A stretch of DNA of 64,000 bases from an uncultured cyanobacterium (GCA_963710605.1 CAVQBA010000004.1:320001-384000); one strand, 5' to 3'; positions 10,884 to 22,842 are shown, counted from the first letter of the stretch. A program made the numbers and translations. Notes: a model not told the origin generated them from the letters alone.

Positions 10884-12018
10884 TTTGCTCTCTCATCATC
10901 TTGACAAATTGCTCGAACAAATAGTCAGCATCATGGGGACCTGGACTAGCTTCGGGGTGGTATTGTACAGAAAAGAATGGCAACGTTTTGTGTTTTAAAC
11001 CTGCTACAGTACGATCGTTAAGGTTAAGATGAGTAATCTCAACATCAGCACCTAAAGACTCTTGTGTCACAGCAAAACCATGATTTTGACTAGTAATCTC
11101 AACTTTCTGTTTTAAACCAGCAGGTTGATTTAAACCACGATGACCAAATTTAAGTTTAAAAGTCTCAGCACCTAAAGATAGACCTAAAATTTGATGCCCC
11201 ATACAAATACCAAACATCGGTTTTTCAGCTTTTAATAACTCTTTGGCTGTTGTAATACCATCAGCTACAGCAGAAGGATCACCAGGGCCATTTGAAAGAA
11301 AGATACCATCAGGATTGTGTTTAAGAATTTCATCAGCAGATGTATCAGCAGGAACAACAATTACCTTACAACCATAACTAGCTAAACGTTTAAGGATATT
11401 GTGTTTAACCCCAAAATCGATCGCTACAACAGTATATTCAGGATTCTCACTCAAACCAGCACGAGGGTTAAATTCCCATTGAGTAGAAGTCGCTTCTGTC
11501 CACTCATAGGTCTTGTCTGTAGTTACCTCTTTAACGAGGTTTAAACCAGCCATAGATGGGGTTGATTGTAACTCAACGAGTAATTCATCAGGATCAAGAG
11601 TTTCGGTCGATATAGCCCCATTCATCGCTCCTGAGGTACGTAAACGACGAGTCAAGTCACGGGTATCAATGCCATATAAACCGATAATGTTGTGTTGTTT
11701 CAAATAGTCGGGTAAGGATTGAGTCGATCGCCAATTACTGGGGCGATCGCAAATATTACGAGCAATAATGCCTTTGATATGGGGTTGAGAAGATTCTTCG
11801 TCTTCAGGATTAACACCAGTGTTGCCTAATTCAGGATAAGTGAAAGTAACAATTTGCCCTCGGTAGCTGGGGTCAGTCATCACTTCTTGATAACCTGTTA
11901 TTCCTGTATTGAAGACAACTTCTCCAAAACTTGTGCCTTTAGCACCAACTGAATAACCTTCATAAAACGTACCGTCACTTAAAACGAGTAATGCAGGTTT
12001 AAAATTAACTAGGGACAT
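10879..12018 (-). CDS. carA: Carbamoyl-phosphate synthase small subunit
   Basis: Likely start [13 protein letters not shown] at 12018; [28 protein letters not shown]. Confidence 0.97.
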   Translation of the reverse strand: MSLVNFKPALLVLSDGTFYEGYSVGAKGTSFGEVVFNTGITGYQEVMTDPSYRGQIVTFTYPELGNTGVNPEDEESSQPHIKGIIARNICDRPSNWRSTQSLPDYLKQHNIIGLYGIDTRDLTRRLRTSGAMNGAISTETLDPDELLVELQSTPSMAGLNLVKEVTTDKTYEWTEATSTQWEFNPRAGLSENPEYTVVAIDFGVKHNILKRLASYGCKVIVVPADTSADEILKHNPDGIFLSNGPGDPSAVADGITTAKELLKAEKPMFGICMGHQILGLSLGAETFKLKFGHRGLNQPAGLKQKVEITSQNHGFAVTQESLGADVEITHLNLNDRTVAGLKHKTLPFFSVQYHPEASPGPHDADYLFEQFVKMMREQK

Positions 12019-12410
12019 AAGCGTTATAATTTTTAATTGAGTTACAAATTTATTTTTTAAATCTCTAATTTTTAAGTTTTTTGCTTTGTTGTGAACAACA
12101 GTTTTGACCAAAAATTGAGAACTAAGATTAACTGTCGAGTCAAATCATTTTTTTAGATTTAGTTCGAGCAGATGATTTTGGGCTTTTGTTTTGGTAATTA
12201 CGTTGAGCCAAATTTGGCAGATGACCACTTTAAAATTTAGTTTGATTTTAAGATAGACTCATAGAAATGATAAAACACTTATAATCATTTGACACTCAAT
12301 CAACAAAACTATTTCATCTGTTCTTGACAAAAATCCCTAAGATAAGTCACATTAATAGTGGTTGAAATACTTTTTACTGTTTTAGTAAACTAACTGATAA
12401 GGTTGATATA

Positions 12411-13805
12411 ATGAGTCCTAGAAAACTGTCTGATAGCGATCGCGACGAAATTTTGGAATTATATCGTCAAACTGAAGAAACGACTTCTAGTCTAGCAAGT
12501 CGCTTTGGTGTAAGTAGTTCTACTATTAGCCGCTTTCTTAAAAATAGCCTATCTCAAACTGAATATGAAAATTTAATTCAAGTCAAACGTCTGGCTCGTA
12601 CATCAGGTAGTGACGATGACTCATCTCAAACTACAACTAAACCGACTAAATCTAGTTCGAGTAAATCTAAAATACAGAAAAAACTTTCAGCAATTGAAAA
12701 AAAACTCTCAACTAAAAAAGATAGTACGAAAGAGACAGAAATTAATCAATTAGAATTAGAAGTAGAAACTTCAATACCAACCACAGAAGTAAACTTAACT
12801 GAAGATGATAGTTTAGAAGATGATGATAATTTAAATTCATCTACTCCTATACTTAGTGAGAATGAATCAGTTGAGCCAGATGATTTGCTAGATGTTGAAA
12901 TAATTGAAGATGAAAATATCTTGATTGAAGAGAATGAGCAAGTACAAGAATCAATATTTAATCTTGAAAACGAAGAAGAGGATGACAACTTACCAGCTAT
13001 TGTCATTGAAGATTCTAATCCAAATCTAGAAGTTTTGGAAATTCCACTAGATTTAGAAGAATTGGAAATGGCAAAAATAGATTCAGAAGTAGAACAATTA
13101 GAAGCCAATCTAGAGAAAGTTGAGCTAGATATAGAAGAAGAAGAAGAAGCAGTAGTAGTAGAAACTAAAAATAAAAAAACAGATTTAATACTAAAACGAG
13201 TAGAAGCAAAACTAGAGGAAGTTGAATTAGAGACAGAAGAAGAAAAAGAAGAAGAAGAAGAAAAAGAAGCAGTAGTAGTAGAAACTAAAAATAAAAAAGT
13301 AAATTTAAAACCAGTAGTAGTAAATCCAGAGGAAATCGAGCTAGATATAGAAGAAGCAGAGTCAGCAGATTTAGAGTCAGTACAAGAAGTTGCGGCTATG
13401 TTTGGGGAGGATATGGATGAAGATGATGATGAGGATGATGATGATGATGAGGATGATGATGAATTAATTGAACAAATTTCTTTGCCAAAACAACAGTTAA
13501 CTATCTTGTCTTTAACCGAAGCGAGTTTTCCTCATGTTTGTTATTTAGTCATCGATCGATATTCGGAATTAGTTACCAAACCAATGAAAGATTTTACCCA
13601 TTTAGGTACTATCCCTGAAGCGGAAACTCAACAAAAAACTTTACCGATTTTTGATAACCACAAAGTTGCTAAAAGATTTTGTGTACGCAAAGGAAAGGTG
13701 ATCAAAGTCCCTGATGGTCGAGTTTTTCAAAAAACTTCTAGTTATCTTCAAGATAAAGGTATTAGTCGCATTCTAATGGACGGAAAAGTTTACTCTTTAC
13801 ATTAA
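12411..13805 (+). CDS. Conserved cyanobacterial protein: N-terminal HTH, long acidic low-complexity linker, conserved C-terminal domain
   Basis: TSSLASRFGVSSSTISRFL HTH; D/E-rich middle with internal repeats; C-terminal CYLVIDRYSELVTKP. Confidence 0.8.
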   Translation: MSPRKLSDSDRDEILELYRQTEETTSSLASRFGVSSSTISRFLKNSLSQTEYENLIQVKRLARTSGSDDDSSQTTTKPTKSSSSKSKIQKKLSAIEKKLSTKKDSTKETEINQLELEVETSIPTTEVNLTEDDSLEDDDNLNSSTPILSENESVEPDDLLDVEIIEDENILIEENEQVQESIFNLENEEEDDNLPAIVIEDSNPNLEVLEIPLDLEELEMAKIDSEVEQLEANLEKVELDIEEEEEAVVVETKNKKTDLILKRVEAKLEEVELETEEEKEEEEEKEAVVVETKNKKVNLKPVVVNPEEIELDIEEAESADLESVQEVAAMFGEDMDEDDDEDDDDDEDDDELIEQISLPKQQLTILSLTEASFPHVCYLVIDRYSELVTKPMKDFTHLGTIPEAETQQKTLPIFDNHKVAKRFCVRKGKVIKVPDGRVFQKTSSYLQDKGISRILMDGKVYSLH

Positions 13806-14158
13806 TAGTCTGAATACCGAAAATTGAAATATAATTATTGATTAAATAACTAATACATAAAAATACAAGCCTCGTGCTTCGGTAAGTGTCAGTACAACTG
13901 TATTAAAAGCGCAAAAACAGATAGAAAATAAATTGTTTGCTCAAGCCTACTTATCCAGGTATAAATAATTCTGGCACGGAACAATTATTAATTGTTGATT
14001 GACCTTATTTATTTATGCGGTAAATCAACAAATAAGATGAGCTTATTGTTAAAATTAAGAAATAAAATCTTTAACCTAAAGTAGCTAATAAATTAACTGT
14101 TAAGAATTAATTACTACTGATAACAATCGTATTGGTATCAGCAACAGACACATAACGA

Positions 14159-17100
14159 ATGAACAATAACTCTAACAATAAGCAAGAAAAGGGAGATTTA
14201 TGGATAGTAGCAATTGGGGCTTCAGCAGGTGGCTTAAAAGCGATCGAAGAATTTTTTGATCATCTTCAAAGTGATAGTAATGCCGCTTTTGTCTTGATAC
14301 AACATTTATCTCCAGATTTTAAAAGTTTGATGAAAGAAATATTGGAAAAACATACCAATATGAATTTGCATCGAGTTCAAGACGGGATGAAGCTTAAACC
14401 TAATAATATTTATTTGATACCTAACTATAGTAATTTAGTTGTTAGAGAAAAAAAACTATATTTAGTCGATCGTACACCTAAACAAAGTTTAAAATCTAAC
14501 CTGCCCATCAATCTATTTTTCAAATCTCTGGCAGAGAATAAAAGTGAAAAAATTATTGGTATAGTCTTATCAGGCACAGGTAGTGATGGCTCGATCGGAT
14601 TACAAGAGATTAGCGAAGCAGGAGGAGTGTGTCTAGTACAGTCTCCTGCTAGTGCCGAATTTGATGGAATGCCTTCTAGTGCATTAGCTACAGGAGTAGT
14701 TGATCAAGCATTACCTCCTAGTCAGTTAGCTTCACTTGTTTATGAAATTGTCAAACAAAATCGGCTTAAAAACCCAGTTTTAACCAATGGTAATTCATCT
14801 CAATTAGATACTCGTCAATTACAAACAATTATCGAAATACTTAAATCATCTCAGGATATAGATTTTACTTATTATCGTCCTTCTACTTTTTCTCGTCGAA
14901 CTTTTCGTCGTTGCTCAATCACCGGTTACGAAGATGTAGATTCATATATTGAGCATTTAGAATATTCAATTGAAGAGCAAAGAATTCTTAAAGATGATTT
15001 ACTTATTGGTGTCACCCGTTTCTTTCGTGATTTACCCGCATGGCAAATTTTAGAACGTAAAATTACCGCCTATTTACAAACAAAAGCTCAACCGAGTAAT
15101 TTCACTTTTAGGGCTTGGGTAAGTGCTTGCTCATCAGGAGAAGAAGCCTATTCTCTAGCGATTATGTTAGATCAAATTAGAGAAAAAACAGGTAAAGAAT
15201 TTAATATTAAAATTTTTGCTACCGATCTAGACGGCATTGCTTTAACCGAAGCGAGTAAAGGAATTTACTCAGAAAGTATTGGTAGTAATATACCTGAATA
15301 CATCTTGAATAAATATTTTTCTTGGCGTGGAGACAAATACCACATAGTTAGATATATTCGAGAAATGATTATTTTTGCACCTCATAATTTGGTCAAAAAT
15401 GCCGCTTTTACGCAGATGGATTTGGTTACTTGTCGTAATGTTTTGATTTATTTGCGGACTCATTTACAAGATCAAGTCTTACGCCGATTACATTTTGCCT
15501 TAACTTCTAAAGGAATTTTGTTTTTAGGTGAATCTGAATCTTTAGGTAGTATTGAAAATGAATTTTTAAATCTTGACAGTAAATGGAAAATTTTTCAAAA
15601 ACTACGAGATATTCGTTTGCCTTTTGTCGAAAAGAATCGAAAAGAATTTTCTTATGATACCCCTTTAGTTGTATCACAACCTTATGTTCGTAATCACCAT
15701 CAAAATAATCGTTCAACACCACCTAATCGTCAAAAATATCCTTTAGTAGATAATATCCTTCATCAAGCTTTAGTTGATGTTTATGCCAATAGAAATGTTA
15801 CTTGTCTTTTAGCTGATAAAAATGGCGGTTTGATTCATACCGTTGCCGATAAATTAAGGTTACTGCAAGTGCCTCAAGGTAAACAGACAAATAAAGTGAT
15901 TTCGATGTTGCCAGAGCAATTGAGTTTACCAATTAGTACAGGAATTAATCGGGCGATTCGTAGCGAGGAGAATATTACTTATACTGATGTTCGTTTTGAA
16001 ACTAACGAGCAAGAAGTTATAGTTGTCGATATTACGATTAAATCTAGTCGTACTAATCAAGCTACAGATATGTTTTTAACTTTAATTGTCGAAGAAGGGC
16101 AAAAATCGCTTATCCCGACAGTTGCTGATAGTACATTGATTAAGTTTTCAGGTCAAGATGCGAATCAACATCTTGATCAACTGGAATACGAGTTACAACA
16201 AACCCGTGAAAATTTACAAGCTACGATCGAAGAATTAGAAACTAGTAACGAAGAGCAACAATCTAGTAACGAGGAATTACTCGCTTCTAATGAAGAACTA
16301 CAAAGTACTAACGAAGAACTACAATCAGTTAATGAAGAACTTTATACAGTAAATTCAGAATATCAATCAAAAATTACTGAACTAACTCAATTAAGTAATG
16401 ATGTTGAAAATTTACTTAGAAGTACAGGATTAGGTGTCGTATTTCTCGATTGACAATTACGAATTAGGAAATTTACTCAAGCGGCAAGTAAAGCAATCAA
16501 TTTAGTCGAATCTGATCTAGAGCGTCCTTTATTTCATCTAACTCATAATCTAAAAGATGTTGACTTACAAGTTTTATGTCAACAAGTTTTGGAAACAGAA
16601 GGTTATATCGAAAAACAAGTCAAAATTATCAATAAAAATGAATACCTTTTAATGCGTATTAATCCTTATCGATGTGACTTAGGATTAGTAGCCGGTATTG
16701 TCATGAATTTTGTCCCGATTGATGAATTAAAAAAATTAGAAGCACAACTATTAGAAAGTAATCAGATTTTAGAAACGACTTATCAAACTGCACCTGTAGG
16801 TTTGTCTTTAGTTGATAAAGATTTTCGTTATCATAGAATTAATTCTATTTTAGCTAAAATAAATGGTTTACCTGTAAGTGAACATATTGGTAAAACTATT
16901 CCTGAAATTTTACCCGAACTTAAAGATAAATTAATACCTTTCTATCAAAAAGTATTAGATACAGGAAAACCAATTAAAAATATAGAAATATCGGGACCAA
17001 AACCTAGTAATCCTAATGAAACAGGGTATTGGATGGTAAGTTATTATCGTGTTGAAGAAGGTATCTCCACAGTGGTAGTAGATATTAGTCAACGTAAAGA

Positions 17101-19081
17101 GATTGAACATGAGTTAACTAAAAATCAAGAGTATCTTAACCATTTATTAGCTTCGTCTCCTGCGGTTATTTTTAGTGGTCAAATAAAAGATAATTATCCG
17201 TTTCATTATATAAGTAACAATATAAGATCTATTTTGGGTTACGATTCGTCAGATTTTGTCCTTGGGCGATCGTCATTATTAGATTACGTTCATCCAGACG
17301 AACATCAACAGGTTTTAAATTGTTTTAAGACGATTTTGCTCGATCGTGTTTGTACTTTTGAAGCTCGTTTTTTACACGCTGATGGTTATTACTCTTGGCT
17401 GAGAAGTCAGATACAAGTTACCGATTCTGAAAAATCAACCCAAGAAGAATATATTGGTTATTTGATCGATATTAGCGATCGAAAATCGATCGAAAATGAA
17501 ATGGAAACTAAAAGTAACTTTTTAGCTTGTATGAGTCATGAGATTCGTACGCCCATGAATGGAGTTATCGGTATGTTAGATTTAATCGAATCAGATAAAC
17601 TAAGCACCGCCGAACAATTCAAAATTAATGTAGCCAAATCATCTGCCGAATCTTTACTAACTGTGATTGATGACATTCTTGACTATTCTCAAGCTAATTC
17701 AGGAATTTTAGAATTAGAATCAACTAATTTTCATCTAATTGAATTAATGGGAATGCTCGCCCAAAGTATTAGTTTGAAAGCCGAAGAAAAAAACATGGAA
17801 CTAATATTAGATTTAAGAGGTATCAAACAACCAATAGTTAAAGGAGACCCCAATAGATTAAGACAAATTGTAACTAATTTGATTTCTAATGCAATTAAAT
17901 TTACTGACTCAGCAGAAGAAATTATCGTCACTTCAAAATTAGAACAACAACCAAACCAAAATGAGCAATATTTGTTAACAACTTCGGTAATAGACAAAGG
18001 TATCGGTGTATCCGAAGAAAGACTTGATGATATTTTTGAACTTTTTACTCAAAACGATAATAGTCTAACCCGCAAATATGGCGGTACAGGATTAGGTTTG
18101 AGTATCGTCAAAAAATTATGTCAACTGATGGGTGGTGATGTTAGCGTCGAAAGTAAAGTTGGTGAAGGCAGTACTTTTACCGTTCAGGTTTACTTACAAA
18201 CTAGCGATGCTAATCAACCTTCATTACCCTATTATCGATTAGATAATCTTAACATTTTGCTAATCGAAAATAATCAAACTAATCGTAATATATTAAGTTC
18301 TCAATTACAAGATTGGGGGGCAAATGTAGTTTCAGCCATCAGTGGTAAAGACGCTTTGTTTATTTGTGAAGATGATAAGTTTGAATTTAACTTATTTTTA
18401 ATTGATGTTTCTTTAATTGAAATGGATGTTGTACAATTAATTGAAAAATTACAACAGTACGATAAATTTAAACAAGCTTATTTCTTGTTACTTACTCCGA
18501 TTACCTACCAACCATTAACCACTAACTTCCCGACCTTAGAATGTTTATATTCAATTAATAAACCAGTCTCTGTCAAACAACTATGGGAAAAAGTTTCCTT
18601 GTTTGCTTCACAACTAAAAACTAAATTCTATGCCGAAGATTCACTCATAGATATTTCTAAACCTAAAAAGACTTTATCTTCAAAAACTAGAGCTAATGCC
18701 AAAATTCTATTAGTCGAAGATAACCCGATTAACCAAATGGTTTTTCAAGGTTTATTAGATAAAAATGAAATTAAAAGCGATATAGCCGCTAATGGAGTCA
18801 AAGCTTTAGAGATGTTACGTAATGCCCCTGTGAATCAACCTTATAATTTGGTTTTAATGGATTGCTTGTTACCTCAAATGAATGGTTATGAAACGGCTGA
18901 AAAAATTAGGCAAGGTGAGGCTGGCGAATTTTATCGTGATCTGATGATTATTGGGATTATTTCTAATGCCAGCAAAGAAGACAAGAAAAAATGTTTAGCG
19001 GCGGGAATGAATGATTATTTATCTAAGCCCCTCAAACAAGCTCAATTAGTCGAAATGCTGACACGGTGGCAAATCGTTTAA
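14159..19081 (+). CDS. CheB-CheR-coiled coil-PAS-HisKA-HATPase-REC-REC hybrid kinase, interrupted by one in-frame TGA at 16451-16453
   Basis: IGASAGG/QH/SGTGSDG (CheB), [10 protein letters not shown] (CheR), EELQS repeats, [23 protein letters not shown]; both ORFs are in the same frame and the gap is open ([11 protein letters not shown]...). Confidence 0.9.
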
Positions 19082-19098
19082 CGAGTAATGAGTAAGGA

Positions 19099-19164
19099 GT
19101 AGGTTGGGTTGAGCATTAAAAAACTAAGATACAAACTATATACTAAATAAGGGCGAAACCCAAC
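19099..19164. repeat. GTAG-REP element
   Basis: GTAGGTTGGGTTGAG...GCGAAACCCAAC. Confidence 0.75.
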
Positions 19165-19167
19165 AAT

Positions 19168-19330
19168 TATAGTTGTTTAAAAAAAGAATTGAGACAGTAC
19201 TAACAATCGCAAAAATGTGAGTACAAACCCCGCCTTGAATTATCATTACAAAGCTAATAAAATCCGTTTAATAAATTAAACTCTATACTTGAATTCTAAA
19301 ATTATCTCATTTTTATTTTAATTAACTATA
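19168..19330 (+). mobile_element. MITE-like element, family A (most complete copy, ~163 bp)
   Basis: Imperfect ~28-bp terminal inverted repeats TATAGTTGTTTAAAAAAAGAATTGAGACA / TATCTCATTTTTATTTTAATTAACTATA; internal core at 19265-19282. Confidence 0.75.
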
Positions 19331-19400
19331 AGTAATAAGTTATTTATTCTCACCGAAGACGTGCTTCGATAAGGGATTCATCTCAATTCCAAAGAATCAC

Positions 19401-20414
19401 CTAAAATTTAAAACATAATTTTTCTACTTTAGCATTTGAAGAGCGATAAGAAACGATCGCTACATCTAGTTTAGTATTCTGATAAAGACTCAAAGCACGT
19501 TTAATTGCGTTGATAATCCAGTTAATATCATTCCCAAACGCTCCACCTCCGAGTAAGGTTAGAAACAGCTTATTATTACCATTATTAATTGAATTTAGAA
19601 TTGCAGTACAGATAGTTGCTTCATAAGATGCTTCTAAAATAAGCTGAGAAAAATCCTGCCAAAGAGAAGCAGAATGAGGAGAATAAGCCACAGGTAAAGC
19701 CGAGCAATAAGCTTGAGAAACAGTATGTTGACATCGATCGAGAGTGACTTGTGTATTCGATTGAATCCCTATTTTAAGTAACTTGCGTAATTCATCTAAT
19801 TCTTCTTCACTACAACTTCTAAGTTTTTCAGAAATTTCTACTAAACCCTGATGTGAGGCTAAAACATAACCGTTTTTCATCCGCCAAAGACGATTATTCT
19901 CGTTTCCTAAAGCAATTCCAATATCCGCCAGACAATCAATTTGATTAGTTGCTGATTGACCAATATGTCCATTAACATTAGCAAAATAGTTACGATAAAT
20001 AGTTCCTGCACCAGCGGCGATCGCACAATTAGGACCTTGAGTCCGATCTCTTTCATAAATAGTTACACCATCTTCTGGCGTTACACGAGGAGTTACCATC
20101 TCCAGCAAATTAAATTGTGAAGCAACTTGAAATAAAGAGTTAGCATTAGATTCATCTGTATGTAAATCTTGGACATTCGCCACTACTTCCCGAACAGAAA
20201 TTTTACCTTTATTATAATCACAATCATTGACAAGTTGACGTAGTTGTGATAGAGAAATTATTTCTAATTTACCGCAAATAAATTGTTTTCCATTTACCAA
20301 AGAAGTTAAAACATTATCTTCAACCATCATATACGTTCTAACTTGCTGAGGTGATTTTTCAGTAAATCCTGTTAATTTTTCAAACCACATCGATCGTTTT
20401 GACAGATAATTCAT
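19401..20414 (-). CDS. Conserved hypothetical protein, possibly macrodomain/PARG-like
   Basis: Intact 337-aa ORF with QVASQFNLLEM, DRTQGP and LTLLGGGAFGN motifs; function is inferred. Confidence 0.7.
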   Translation of the reverse strand: MNYLSKRSMWFEKLTGFTEKSPQQVRTYMMVEDNVLTSLVNGKQFICGKLEIISLSQLRQLVNDCDYNKGKISVREVVANVQDLHTDESNANSLFQVASQFNLLEMVTPRVTPEDGVTIYERDRTQGPNCAIAAGAGTIYRNYFANVNGHIGQSATNQIDCLADIGIALGNENNRLWRMKNGYVLASHQGLVEISEKLRSCSEEELDELRKLLKIGIQSNTQVTLDRCQHTVSQAYCSALPVAYSPHSASLWQDFSQLILEASYEATICTAILNSINNGNNKLFLTLLGGGAFGNDINWIINAIKRALSLYQNTKLDVAIVSYRSSNAKVEKLCFKF

Positions 20415-20457
20415 TTATAATAACATCAAAATTTTTAATCAGAGATATTATAGTCGT

Positions 20458-20835
20458 ATGAGTTTAGGTGCTCGTATTGTTATTGGAATAGTAGCTTTGC
20501 TATGTGGAATTAGTTTTTTAATCAGTGCGATCGACCCTGATGGAACTATCAAAAATCCTTTGATGGCGTATGGTATAACAGTATTTTGTTTTAGTATTGC
20601 GATCGCTTGTTTTTTTCCTCAGAGTCATTCCATTACTTTACGTTTTATTAGTGGTGCAATTTTTATTGGCTTTGCTAGTTATGTGATTGAAAGTTTTGGC
20701 ACTGAAAAACTCGATCGTGCATTAATGGGTTTTATTGTTTGGGGGCTTCCTTCAGGTTACGTCATGATTATGGGAAGATTTCCCTCTTGGGGTACTGCCT
20801 CACAAGTATTTAATAATAGATCGAAGAAGAAATAG
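20458..20835 (+). CDS. Hypothetical 4-TM membrane protein
   Basis: 125 aa, four hydrophobic segments, basic tail. Confidence 0.7.
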   Translation: MSLGARIVIGIVALLCGISFLISAIDPDGTIKNPLMAYGITVFCFSIAIACFFPQSHSITLRFISGAIFIGFASYVIESFGTEKLDRALMGFIVWGLPSGYVMIMGRFPSWGTASQVFNNRSKKK

Positions 20836-20969
20836 AGCGGATTTTCTACTAGTTCATTAAACTCAACAGTTACGACCAAAAACCGCATAATAAGTTTGAG
20901 CATTTCGTTATAATCATAGAAAAAGAGATTATATTTAAGTGTATTTTTCCTCGGAGGTAAAATTTTTTC

Positions 20970-21260
20970 ATGTCAACTCAAGTAATTGAAAAGAAAACAA
21001 CTAGCCCTAATCGTGAAAGAAAAAAAGATCCAGGTTACCGTGTATTATTACATAACGACCCTGTCAATACAATGGAATATGTAGTAGAAACTTTAATCCA
21101 AACCGTAGGTATTAGTGAACCACAAGCAGTTAATGTGATGATGGAAACTCATAATACAGGTGTTGGTTTAGTTACAGTATGTGCTTTCGAGCATGCTGAA
21201 TTTTACTGTGAAAGTCTTAAAAGTAAAGGTTTGACAAGTACGATCGAACCTGCTGAATAA
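20970..21260 (+). CDS. clpS: ATP-dependent Clp protease adaptor ClpS
   Basis: YRVLLHNDPVNTMEYVV, AEFYCESL; GGAGG RBS upstream. Confidence 0.95.
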   Translation: MSTQVIEKKTTSPNRERKKDPGYRVLLHNDPVNTMEYVVETLIQTVGISEPQAVNVMMETHNTGVGLVTVCAFEHAEFYCESLKSKGLTSTIEPAE

Positions 21261-21483
21261 CCGATATTATCGACTCGCTAATTAATTAATTATCTACTCA
21301 AGTCAAAAACGAGCTTTTTAGTTAATTAATCGCTAATTTTCGATCGAGATAAAAACTAATGATACGAAGTTTATAGTAGATTATTTAGCTACAAAAATCT
21401 TCGTTTCATCGTTTATAGTGCTTTTTTGTGGCAAAATAACTTTAATACTGAACAGATATTATATACAGATAAAGACAATCATT

Positions 21484-21843
21484 ATGTTACTCAAATCTAC
21501 TACTCGTCATGTCAGAGTCTTTGCCGCTGAAGTGCAAGACGACGAATTAATTCCCTCTGAACAAGTTTTGACACTAGATATTGATCCTGATAACGAATTA
21601 AATTGGGAAGAAGTTGCTTTACAAAAAGTCTATCGTAAATTTGATGAACTAGTCGAAAACAGTGCAGGAGTAGAATTAACTGACTACAACCTACGTCGTA
21701 TTGGTTCAGATTTAGAAAATTTTATTCGTGAGCTACTTCTTCAAGGTGAAATTAGTTACAATCTTGACTCTAGAGTACTCAATTATAGTATGGGTTTACC
21801 TAGAGTAGAAAGTTCAGAATCTGAGGGGAAATATCAACTTTAA
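21484..21843 (+). CDS. ndhM: NDH-1 subunit M
   Basis: [13 protein letters not shown]...[10 protein letters not shown]...[11 protein letters not shown]...NYSMGLPRV. Confidence 0.93.
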   Translation: MLLKSTTRHVRVFAAEVQDDELIPSEQVLTLDIDPDNELNWEEVALQKVYRKFDELVENSAGVELTDYNLRRIGSDLENFIRELLLQGEISYNLDSRVLNYSMGLPRVESSESEGKYQL

Positions 21844-21866
21844 TAATTGATAATTACTAAAAAATT

Positions 21867-22811
21867 ATGGATTTATTATTATCCACCGTACAAATAACTA
21901 CGGTGGCTTTAGTTATTGGTGTTATCGTTTACTTTTTAACTCCTCGTCGTTACGAATCAGCTGATACAGTTGCTGATTCTTATGATGAATGGACTCAAGA
22001 CGGTGTTTTAGAATACTATTGGGGTGAACATATTCATTTAGGGCATTATGGCTCACCACCGACTAACAAAGGGTTTTTAGAAGCTAAAGTTGATTTCGTT
22101 CATGAAATGGTACGTTGGGGCGGATTAGATAAATTACCCAAAGGCACTAGAGTGTTAGATGTTGGTTGTGGTATTGGTGGTAGTAGTCGTATTTTAGCTG
22201 AAGATTATGGCTTTGATGTTACAGGTATTACTATAAGTGCTAATCAAGTAAAAAGAGCTAATGAATTAACACCTGAAGGGGTGAGTGCTAAATTTCAAGT
22301 TGATGATGCCATGGCGTTATCTTTTCCTGATGGTAGTTTTGATGTAGTTTGGTGTATTGAAGCTGGTCCTCATATGCCTGATAAAGCTGTATTTGCTGGG
22401 GAATTGATGCGTGTTTTAAAACCCGGCGGTAATTTGGTAGTTGCTGATTGGAATCAAAGAGACGATCGTCAAGTACCTTTAAACTCATGGGAAAAGCCCG
22501 TTATGAAGCAATTGTTAGAACAATGGTCACATCCTGCATTTGCTAGTATAGAAGGGTTTTCGGAGTTGTTAGAAGCTACAGGTAAAGTTGAAGGTGAGGT
22601 GGTTACTGCTGATTGGAGTAAAGAAACATTACCTTCTTGGTTAGATTCTATCTGGCAAGGTATTATTAAACCTCAAGGGTTATTAAAGTTTGGTATAGCT
22701 TGGTTAAGATCTGTTAGAGAAGTACCTACTTTAATTTTGATGCGTATCGCCTTTGGCAGTGGATTATGTCGTTTTGGAATGTTTAAAGCAACTAGAAAAA
22801 TTGAGAATTGA
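21867..22811 (+). CDS. SAM-dependent methyltransferase, cyanobacterial MPBQ/MSBQ (tocopherol/plastoquinone) type
   Basis: YYWGEHIHLGHYG, VLDVGCGIGG, EAGPHMPDK, VADWNQRD. Confidence 0.8.
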   Translation: MDLLLSTVQITTVALVIGVIVYFLTPRRYESADTVADSYDEWTQDGVLEYYWGEHIHLGHYGSPPTNKGFLEAKVDFVHEMVRWGGLDKLPKGTRVLDVGCGIGGSSRILAEDYGFDVTGITISANQVKRANELTPEGVSAKFQVDDAMALSFPDGSFDVVWCIEAGPHMPDKAVFAGELMRVLKPGGNLVVADWNQRDDRQVPLNSWEKPVMKQLLEQWSHPAFASIEGFSELLEATGKVEGEVVTADWSKETLPSWLDSIWQGIIKPQGLLKFGIAWLRSVREVPTLILMRIAFGSGLCRFGMFKATRKIEN

Positions 22812-22842
22812 TAAAATTGAGAATTAAATTAATCTTGATTTT

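Noticed and set aside
10768..10998. ORF with PIPYSLF repeats
   Set aside because: Translation of the CCCTATT array plus antisense carA
11725..11750. Closely spaced CGATCG pairs in carA (also 17476-17492)
   Set aside because: Spacings of 19 and 11 nt are not multiples of 3 and encode ordinary conserved residues, so these are normal HIP1 sites
12112..12410. Leader peptide or riboswitch upstream of carA
   Set aside because: Only very short ORFs and an 8-nt GCAGATGA repeat; no recognisable structure
16451..16453. Selenocysteine or genetic-code reassignment of TGA
   Set aside because: The position corresponds to a non-Cys residue, I saw no SECIS-like hairpin, and other genes (e.g. dusB) use TGA as a normal stop
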